Made by a program: the position numbers and the translations under genes
Origin: an uncultured virus (IMG/VR IMGVR_UViG_3300035670_000097)
Taxonomy: Duplodnaviria; Heunggongvirae; Uroviricota; Caudoviricetes
DNA: 31,817 bases
Direction: 5' to 3' (one strand)
Virus record (IMG/VR): IMGVR_UViG_3300035670_000097
Location: 62,001-93,817 of that record
Shown here: in pieces, positions 25,201 to 31,817 of the stretch
Position numbering within the stretch: position 1 is the stretch's first letter
How the letters are laid out: every line of letters starts with the position of its first letter
The notes under the pieces: model-generated
What the model was told of the DNA's origin: nothing
The model's input: the letters and a program-made list of their open reading frames with translations, nothing else
The model's database searches: none

Positions 25201-28087
25201 GGCATATCAAATTGAATATAGCTTTTTTGATATTCCTTCTACACAAATAAAAGAGTATGTGACAGAAGAAATTACGGGAGATAGAAATAGTTTACGAGTT
25301 TTTGGCGTAGCTCCTGGAACCTATGAAGTTCGTGTTCGAGTAAAAAATTCTATCGGAGAGTTTTCTCCTTGGGTCAGTCGAACTCTTACTCTTGAACCAG
25401 ACTCCTCTCTCGGCGGAGCTCAGCTTAATGGGCTGCAACTGGGCGGGGCTTTAGATACTGCTACGCGCTTTACGGATAATACTTATAGTATTACCGATAC
25501 GTTCTACACTTATACTGCACCTAACTTCAGAACATACTCAATAGAGCCAGCAACCAGCGCGCAGAGCGCGCAAAGCTTCGCTAATTTAAGTGCAAACTCT
25601 GAATACTATTTATTGTGGGATTCGAGCAATACAGAAGATCCGCTCAAAGCAGTAGCACATTACGAAGATACCAATGTTGCTTCCCCTTACGGAGCTACAA
25701 GTTCGTACTGGAGAGACGCTTATGCCGCAAATGATGGCATGGAAGCGCTTCCAGGTACGATCAGTGCAAGTCAGTTTACTAATAAAATTACTGGCACAAG
25801 CACCTTTTTTGAATCAAATCTTGCAGTTGGAAACTTTATAAAACTGTATGATTCTTCCAACTCTGCAAATTCGTTTTATACTGTCGTTACAGAAATTACA
25901 AGTAATACAGAATTGTACACGCGAGAAATTATACTTAAGAATTTTACTAACAAACAAATTCAAGTTCCCACCTATCGTGTAAACTATCGAAATGACGTAA
26001 TACTTGCAAAAATTGTTACAGATGAAAATACAGTCGCATCGCTGGAAGCTCAATATGTAACTACTACAATTGATGAACCGCAGTTTTTGGACGTATTGTC
26101 GAACGGTCAAACTTTTACTTATTATGCAAACAATGAACTGATCGGTCCTCAGCAAATTGACTTTACCGTTAATAAGCAAAATATTCTTGCAGCTACTGAG
26201 TGGGAACTTCGAGATTCGGAAGACAATCTTCTTAGCAATACTTATCTAGATGCTATAACAAACACGAGCGCTACGCTAAATGCAAATAGCTTTGGTTCAA
26301 TTACAAACAATTCATTTGTTCAAGTAACTGCTAAAGCACTTGATTTAAGCGATACCGTTTTAGTCAACAAACTTTTGTATGGACAAGATGGATTAATTGG
26401 AGAAGATGCAGTAACAATAAGAATTGCTGGATCTCGTCAAATTTTTACTTTTGACGCAAATAATGCTTTTAAGCCTGCCGGACAGTCCATTGTTTTAACT
26501 GTATCAAAACAAAACAGTACAAACACAGTAAACTGGACTTCATCTCCTTCTGTAAACTTACGAGAAGGTGTCTCTCCTTCCAGCCCCATTGTAACAACAG
26601 GAGATACTGTTTATTTATATATTGAAGATTTTGGACAAAATAATGAAGTAGTTGAATTTACTGCCACGCTAGATGGAACTTCTATTTTTGATAAGTTTAG
26701 CGTTTATAAATTGCGAGAAGGTCGAGAAGGACATACAATTGTATTAAGCAATGAAAATCATAGTATTCCTTTGGAGTATGACGGACTTTCGGGAAACTAC
26801 TTAGGCTCAGGTACGGACATTCGAGTTTGGGAAGGAACTACAGCCTTAACTTATAATGCTACGGCCGCTTCAAATGCAACCTTCAATGTAAGCGTATTAA
26901 GTAACACGAATATAACTCCTGATCCTACTCCGACTACAATTACTACTATAGTTACAAACGATACTCGTCGCTACGGTAACGCTAGTAATATAACAGCGAA
27001 TACTGCAAGCATTGTTTATACGATTGGAGTTCGTGATAAATTTGGTAATTTTAGTACTTATACGCGTCAACAAAGTTTTTCAGCAGTTCGAGAAGGTGCA
27101 CCAGGAGCTGATGGAGCTAATGGAGCCAACGGAACTCCGGCAGTAAGTATGTTTCTTTCGCGAGCTGGAGTGACTTTATTTGCTTATGCAGATGGCTACG
27201 TAACAGGCTATGCGGATGCAACAGGTCAAGCTGAACTTTATAGTGGATCTACTCGAGTTACTGAAAGTGCTTCTTGGTCGCGCACTCAGTCAACTGGACT
27301 AACTGGTACAGTTTCAAATACCGCGGGAACTAAAGGGGCTTACTCAGTTACAGCGTTATCAAATACTGTTCTTACTGGCACGCTTACAATTAATGCAAGT
27401 TATCAAGGTCAAACTTATACTAGTCGTTTTTCAGTTGCAAAAGCCGTAGGGGGTTATCAAATCGTATCTTCTCTTCCGAGCACAGATCTTTTTGAAGGAA
27501 GAGTTGTATTTTTACTTTCAGACGATAAGCTTTATCGCTATACTGTTCCTGGAGGCTGGACCGCATCGGTTCCAAACGTAGATATTAGCGGACTTATTAC
27601 GAACGCTCAAATTCAGTCTATTGCAAATACAAAACTGACGGGGACCATAACGAGCACTCAAATTGGTGCAAATGCTGTAACTACTCCAGCATTGGCGGCG
27701 GGGTCAGTAAATACTGCTCAGCTTGCAGCAAATTCTGTGATTGCAGGTAAAATTGCTGCTTTGGCAGTAAATACAATTCATTTAGCTGCGGACTCCGTGA
27801 CGGCGAATAAAATTGCTGTAAATGCAATTACAGCAGATAAAATAAACGTAGGAGCAGTAACCGCAGCAAAAATAAATGTAACAAATCTTTCTTCAATTAA
27901 AGCAGACGTAGGTATTTTAAATGCAGGAACAATTAACGTTACTAACATGACAATTACCGGAATTTCAAATACTGCGCTGAGTGTTAAAAGCGCTTTTTCA
28001 GGCGAGCGTCTTGAAATTTCGAGTGACGTTATTCGAATTTATGATTCCAGCGATGTACTACGAGTTAAATTAGGAAAACTGACATAA
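22295..28087 (+). CDS. tail tip / central fibre protein, lambda gpJ-like (1930 aa)
   Basis: DLISEGEISGL, YTNNPAWIFYD, CDELVPDGKGGQEPRFTCN, FN3 domain, C-terminal VTAxKI repeats, LRVKLG. Confidence 0.95.
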   Translation: MGGIPNYNKINSNPNQPDTTSATSQSTIQFNNNAQYALIYDLISEGEISGLVEGAKSVFLNGTRLTDTASASSVSPIGTTTGTFTASSTTVTASGGLSGTLNRLIILERGGKRSSTFSGTSGSNVLNTGSAYFENSMIGGSTSGAGLATTRRIRVDGLGPNGREYIGTIVKRISDTSAEVSPAISTTGSGKSGGLDHLTVVTAVNSSSSITVAQAPQSSGTKFQIVTITPNNTIQAPVDDRWNFKNVTLDFRAGSREQSIVEKNSLPTASFLTSIGEELQWGLGYGGDANPLAYSSAALGVGTDPSEVDKIKIGIEFPGGLYVNTGEKAKIQRTVMGIRVEFQYTQGGVSKSAVIVGPTSSAGWPDAVRGFDWISYLQNRGGIIGESTSPFVQDIEFSVEKFKPFTDFSILVTRTTPHISDDFPTKDNTFIFSARLKYVELQIVDKFSYPLSAYAAMSFPAEGFSNLPTRSYHVRGLKIKVPSNYITREESADSVAKYIGQWDGTFITKYTNNPAWIFYDLATNNRYGLGKYIDPTLIDKFSLYRIARYCDELVPDGKGGQEPRFTCNVYIFQAEEAYKLMRDLASTFRALTYWAQGSLITVQDSPKEAIYTFTQGNVIDGIFNYEYSGRNARYNEINVTWTNPDQFYQQDVLTVTDHTDVIKRGRVVPMDTIAFGCTSESQAYRVANWNLLTSQLETEFISFGTGINASFLLPGDIINVQDHHLQAVQASGRVRSAASATSITLDRNVTLTAGSTYKLHLIFDGPGCYLQQASATIGGTTYTRGDLIPGIDTSEEAALLVDASNNPVAVSFSADSHVQTKTINNSLPYTGNTITVSSAFSSTPSSEVIWAIENATLDAAGNAKQYRILNIKEEENHTYSIVAALYAPEKFEELEAKVKIAAPPFSGPRPGDDVPPVTNLNVVYTRTVLDEEFEEVDSTYYALISWTPPEETYRDSANNSVTRAYPYVVAYQIEYSFFDIPSTQIKEYVTEEITGDRNSLRVFGVAPGTYEVRVRVKNSIGEFSPWVSRTLTLEPDSSLGGAQLNGLQLGGALDTATRFTDNTYSITDTFYTYTAPNFRTYSIEPATSAQSAQSFANLSANSEYYLLWDSSNTEDPLKAVAHYEDTNVASPYGATSSYWRDAYAANDGMEALPGTISASQFTNKITGTSTFFESNLAVGNFIKLYDSSNSANSFYTVVTEITSNTELYTREIILKNFTNKQIQVPTYRVNYRNDVILAKIVTDENTVASLEAQYVTTTIDEPQFLDVLSNGQTFTYYANNELIGPQQIDFTVNKQNILAATEWELRDSEDNLLSNTYLDAITNTSATLNANSFGSITNNSFVQVTAKALDLSDTVLVNKLLYGQDGLIGEDAVTIRIAGSRQIFTFDANNAFKPAGQSIVLTVSKQNSTNTVNWTSSPSVNLREGVSPSSPIVTTGDTVYLYIEDFGQNNEVVEFTATLDGTSIFDKFSVYKLREGREGHTIVLSNENHSIPLEYDGLSGNYLGSGTDIRVWEGTTALTYNATAASNATFNVSVLSNTNITPDPTPTTITTIVTNDTRRYGNASNITANTASIVYTIGVRDKFGNFSTYTRQQSFSAVREGAPGADGANGANGTPAVSMFLSRAGVTLFAYADGYVTGYADATGQAELYSGSTRVTESASWSRTQSTGLTGTVSNTAGTKGAYSVTALSNTVLTGTLTINASYQGQTYTSRFSVAKAVGGYQIVSSLPSTDLFEGRVVFLLSDDKLYRYTVPGGWTASVPNVDISGLITNAQIQSIANTKLTGTITSTQIGANAVTTPALAAGSVNTAQLAANSVIAGKIAALAVNTIHLAADSVTANKIAVNAITADKINVGAVTAAKINVTNLSSIKADVGILNAGTINVTNMTITGISNTALSVKSAFSGERLEISSDVIRIYDSSDVLRVKLGKLT

Positions 28088-28380
28088 TGGCATACGGACT
28101 AGAAATTTATAACGCAAGCGGAAATACTGTGCTGTCTTATACGAGTCGCGTACCGCGGTTTGTACAAAATGGGATTTTTTCTTTAGCCTCTGGAGCGAAC
28201 GTGGATATAACAGTAGTAGGAATGCAAAATAATGACTCTTGGGAAGTTTTTATAAATGCTACTCCCCGTACATTTATTCCTGCGACTGTTACTTGCAATT
28301 TGCATTCTGGATATTTCAATGCTAAAAATAATACTATTGGACAGCTTGATAATATCGCTTATTGGGTGATACGATCATGA
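28087..28380 (+). CDS. tail tip accessory protein
   Basis: MAYGLEIYNASG start typical of genes following gpJ. Confidence 0.7.
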   Translation: MAYGLEIYNASGNTVLSYTSRVPRFVQNGIFSLASGANVDITVVGMQNNDSWEVFINATPRTFIPATVTCNLHSGYFNAKNNTIGQLDNIAYWVIRS

Positions 28381-29057
28381 GTTATGGAGTTGAGATATTA
28401 AATGATAATGATAGAATTGTAATTGACACTAACTATGTAAACATAGTTCCTTTATTAGATCCTCCTACAGTAGTTGCCGGCGCGGCAGCTTACCCAGGCT
28501 ACGCTAACTCTTCAAATTCTGATTTAGTAGTTGCACAGCCTTCTACCACAGTTAATACAACGTTAGCTGTAAGAACAGGTGCAGGAGGGAGCGCTACTTG
28601 GAGTGCAGCCTCTAGGTATAATGTACTTCGTAGATTTGATAGTTTTTCTGATGATATCTTGCCGAGTTATGGGCTACTTGTTCGTAATGAATCGGCTAAT
28701 ATTATTTTTAGCTCAAATATAGGAAGAAATTTTGAAATTGTTACAATAGGAGTCTTTAATAGTTCTAAAGCAAATACTTTAAATATTGTATTACCCTCTT
28801 CAACTACATTATACTCAGATTTTAATAAATATTATTGTTGTATGGCAGGTACTTTGCTTTTTAGCTTTAATCTTTTTACCCCTCCTACTGGTTACGATTA
28901 CGTCCAAGCATACACTTTTTTATATGCTAATTCTACTCATGGCCAAATACGAATAGACAGTTATACTGCTACAAGAAATCTTGACCCGCCATATGGCACA
29001 ACATATGGCACAAGATTTTCTGATTTTCAATACATGATTTTAAAGGAGTTATCATGA
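28377..29057 (+). CDS. tail tip accessory / possible receptor-binding protein
   Basis: Two YGxxxxN..IxFxS-type motifs; ATGA overlap. Confidence 0.7.
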   Translation: MSYGVEILNDNDRIVIDTNYVNIVPLLDPPTVVAGAAAYPGYANSSNSDLVVAQPSTTVNTTLAVRTGAGGSATWSAASRYNVLRRFDSFSDDILPSYGLLVRNESANIIFSSNIGRNFEIVTIGVFNSSKANTLNIVLPSSTTLYSDFNKYYCCMAGTLLFSFNLFTPPTGYDYVQAYTFLYANSTHGQIRIDSYTATRNLDPPYGTTYGTRFSDFQYMILKELS

Positions 29058-29512
29058 AACAATTTGCATCTGTAAGTTCTGATGGACAAATAGTCTCCGT
29101 CTTTTCACCCGGAAGAGACTCAGATTATTATGATGGTCAAGATTTAGGAAATAATCTTACCGCCTATGAAATTTCTTCTAATCTGGATCAAGCTACATTT
29201 TTGCACAACAACTATCGCAAAAATGGGGAATGGAAAACAAAACCGCCCCGACCCGGCGAGTATTATTTTTGGAATTTAGAAGCCGAAAACTGGATTTTCG
29301 ACTCCAATACATTATATTCACTTTTGCGAGAACAACGAGACGGCAGGCTATTTCGATCCGACTGGACTCAATTATCTGATGCTCCGTTGACAGAAAGTAA
29401 AAAACAAGAGTGGGCATTGTATCGCCAAGAACTGCGAGATCTGCCTCAAACTTATCCAAATCTAACTTCTCTCGAAGAAGTAATTTGGCCACAAGAGCCT
29501 TCAAATTCGTAA
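29054..29512 (+). CDS. tail fibre assembly chaperone-like protein
   Basis: RDGRLFRSDWTQLSDAPL..WALYRQELRDLP..WPQEP. Confidence 0.85.
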   Translation: MKQFASVSSDGQIVSVFSPGRDSDYYDGQDLGNNLTAYEISSNLDQATFLHNNYRKNGEWKTKPPRPGEYYFWNLEAENWIFDSNTLYSLLREQRDGRLFRSDWTQLSDAPLTESKKQEWALYRQELRDLPQTYPNLTSLEEVIWPQEPSNS

Positions 29513-29556
29513 TTTAAACTAACTCATTTTTAAAAAGCATACAAAAAAATTAGTAG

Positions 29557-29585
29557 TTGACACAAAAGTGTGTGTTTGTTATAAT
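29557..29585 (+). promoter_or_regulatory. late-region promoter TTGACA-N17-TATAAT
   Basis: Preceded by AAAAAAATTAGTAG. Confidence 0.9.
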
Positions 29586-29608
29586 GAGTTCACAATGGAG
29601 GTACTATC

Positions 29609-29953
29609 ATGGCAGCAGGCACACATAATATAATCATTGACAAAGGCTCAGACTTTTCAATGCAACTTAGTTTAGTTCAGAGCGGAGCACCTGTAAGTTT
29701 GAGTGGGTACTCTGCACGTGCACATTTGCGAAGTTCAAAAAGTGTCTCAGCGCCTTTAGTTGCAACTTTTGTGTGCACTATACTGTCACCAAATACAGAT
29801 GGTAAAATTCATGTGCACATGCCAAATGCAAATACAAGTAATGTGACTCCAGGTAGATATTACTACGATCTTGAGATTTATACTGCAAACGATGCTACGG
29901 TCACACGACTTGTGCAAGGAGACGTTACTATAACGCCGGAAGTGACAAGATAA
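29609..29953 (+). CDS. fibre attachment / collar protein (T5 p132 / BppU-N-like)
   Basis: IDKGSDF, LSGYSARAHLR, PGRYYYDLEI..TRLVQG; RBS GGAGG. Confidence 0.75.
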   Translation: MAAGTHNIIIDKGSDFSMQLSLVQSGAPVSLSGYSARAHLRSSKSVSAPLVATFVCTILSPNTDGKIHVHMPNANTSNVTPGRYYYDLEIYTANDATVTRLVQGDVTITPEVTR

Positions 29954-31817
29954 ATGAGTGAAAATCGCTTAGAAATTATCGTTCAAGAAAACGTTACTCA
30001 GGTAGTACCAGCGACTGAGCCTATAATTATTGAAACTTCTCTTGCAGTCGGCGAAGGCCCGCAAGGTGCTCAAGGATTTCAAGGCGATGCTGGCCCTACC
30101 GGCGCTCAGGGTGATGCTGGCGCTCAAGGTGACACAGGAGCTCAGGGCGACACAGGCCCGCAAGGAGATGCAGGCCCTCAAGGTGACATAGGAGTTCAAG
30201 GCGACGTAGGAGCTCAAGGCTTTCAAGGCGATGCAGGCCCACAAGGCGACGCAGGCCCTCAAGGTGATACAGGAGCTCAAGGCGACGTAGGTGCTCAAGG
30301 CTCCCAAGGCGATACTGGTGCTCAGGGCTTCCAAGGCGATACTGGTGCTCAAGGCTTTCAGGGCGATGTAGGCGCTCAAGGCGATGTAGGTGCCCAAGGC
30401 TTTCAAGGATACCAAGGCGATACTGGTGCTCAAGGCTTTCAGGGCGACACTGGTGCTCAAGGATTTCAAGGCGATATCGGGTCTCAAGGAAATGACGGAA
30501 ACTTTGGTGGCGCCACGTTTGACTACACTTTTGACACTGGAATAACTGAAGCAGACCCTGGAACGGGGAGACTGCGCTTTAATAATGCATCTGATATTAC
30601 TCTCGCCTCTGAGATGTATATTGATGACACTGACGACAATGCAACAGATATTCAGCCTTTTTTACGCACTATCGACGACTCCACTTCTACTATCAAAGGC
30701 CACTTTAGAGTTTCAAACAAATTTGATTCTTCGGACTTTGCTTTGTTTACGATCAGTGCAGTTACAGAAAACTCTGGGTACTTTAAGGTCACTTGTTCAT
30801 ATGTAAGTGGATCTTCAGCAACTTTTGATCAAAATGAAGACATTTTAATTACTTTTGCTCGAACTGGAGACAAAGGTGATACCGGTGCTCAAGGCTTTCA
30901 AGGCGATACTGGTGCTCAAGGCTTCCAAGGGGATACTGGCGCTCAAGGCTTTCAAGGCGATACAGGCGCTCAAGGATTTCAAGGCGATACGGGTGCTCAG
31001 GGCTTTCAAGGCGATATCGGTGCTCAAGGCTTCCAAGGCGATATCGGTACTCAAGGATTTCAAGGTGATGTAGGCGCTCAAGGCGATACAGGCGCTCAAG
31101 GCTTTCAGGGTGATACTGGCGCGCAAGGCTTTCAAGGCGATATAGGCGCTCAAGGCTTTCAAGGCGGTACCGGCGCTCAAGGCTTTCAGGGTGATATTGG
31201 AGCTCAAGGATTTCAAGGCGACACTGGCGCTCAAGGCTTTCAGGGTGATACTGGCGCGCAGGGCGACACTGGAGCTCAAGGCTTTCAAGGCGATACTGGC
31301 GCGCAAGGCTTTCAGGGGGATACTGGCGCGCAAGGATTTCAAGGCGATACTGGTGCGCAGGGCGATACAGGTGCTCAAGGATTTCAAGGCGATACTGGTA
31401 CTCAAGGATTTCAAGGCGACACAGGCGCTCAAGGCTTTCAAGGCGACACAGGCGCTCAAGGCTTTCAAGGCTTTCAAGGCGATACTGGCGCTCAAGGCTT
31501 TCAAGGCGACACAGGCGACACAGGCGCTCAAGGCTTTCAAGGCGACACAGGCGCTCAAGGCTTTCAAGGCGACACAGGCGCTCAAGGCTTTCAAGGCTTT
31601 CAAGGCTTTCAAGGCGATACTGGCGCTCAAGGCTTTCAGGGGGATACTGGCGCGCAAGGCTTTCAGGGCAACACTGGTGCGCAGGGCGACACTGGCGCTC
31701 AAGGCTTTCAGGGTGATACTGGCGCGCAAGGCTTTCAGGGCAATACTGGTGCGCAGGGCGACACTGGAGCTCAAGGCTTTCAAGGCGACACAGGCGGGCA
31801 GGGCGCTCAAGGCGACA
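29954..31817 (+). CDS. collagen-like fibre protein, 3' truncated by window end (>621 aa; absent from ORF track)
   Basis: ATG right after TAA of previous gene; 50 GXY triplets (30056-30505), ~120-aa globular domain, then >105 GXY triplets from 30866. Confidence 0.95.
   Translation, partial: MSENRLEIIVQENVTQVVPATEPIIIETSLAVGEGPQGAQGFQGDAGPTGAQGDAGAQGDTGAQGDTGPQGDAGPQGDIGVQGDVGAQGFQGDAGPQGDAGPQGDTGAQGDVGAQGSQGDTGAQGFQGDTGAQGFQGDVGAQGDVGAQGFQGYQGDTGAQGFQGDTGAQGFQGDIGSQGNDGNFGGATFDYTFDTGITEADPGTGRLRFNNASDITLASEMYIDDTDDNATDIQPFLRTIDDSTSTIKGHFRVSNKFDSSDFALFTISAVTENSGYFKVTCSYVSGSSATFDQNEDILITFARTGDKGDTGAQGFQGDTGAQGFQGDTGAQGFQGDTGAQGFQGDTGAQGFQGDIGAQGFQGDIGTQGFQGDVGAQGDTGAQGFQGDTGAQGFQGDIGAQGFQGGTGAQGFQGDIGAQGFQGDTGAQGFQGDTGAQGDTGAQGFQGDTGAQGFQGDTGAQGFQGDTGAQGDTGAQGFQGDTGTQGFQGDTGAQGFQGDTGAQGFQGFQGDTGAQGFQGDTGDTGAQGFQGDTGAQGFQGDTGAQGFQGFQGFQGDTGAQGFQGDTGAQGFQGNTGAQGDTGAQGFQGDTGAQGFQGNTGAQGDTGAQGFQGDTGGQGAQGD

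Noticed and set aside
29969..31810. Minus-strand repetitive ORFs (ALKALS...)
   Set aside because: Antisense shadow of the plus-strand collagen gene
22295..31817. Diversity-generating retroelement, invertase switch, introns/inteins or tRNAs
   Set aside because: No reverse transcriptase, recombinase, TR/VR pair, intein motif or cloverleaf recognised by eye

Overview
Segment of a T5-related siphophage genome (Demerecviridae-like; host probably a proteobacterium). Bases ~1-3400 resemble the T5 pre-early (first-step-transfer) region. They hold small minus-strand genes (dmp-like HAD phosphatase, a 31-aa peptide, an A2-like protein, an HNH nuclease, a 62-aa ORF), each set in a repeated regulatory cassette. 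The non-coding DNA between them is highly structured: six gene-less TTGACA-N18-TAWAAT promoters, CAAG-TAG-CTTG palindromes, Fur-box-like dyads, a phased array of sigma54-like motifs and several tandem repeats. From 3464 to the end is a plus-strand morphogenesis cluster: terS, two membrane proteins, terL, nicking HNH, portal, decoration-like ORFs, a fused protease-capsid gene with an internal start, neck proteins, tail tube, frameshifted chaperones and tape measure. A lambda-type tail tip (M, L, K, I, J) replaces the T5 tip, and a collagen-like fibre gene runs off the window. Homology calls rest on motif recognition by eye, not database searches.
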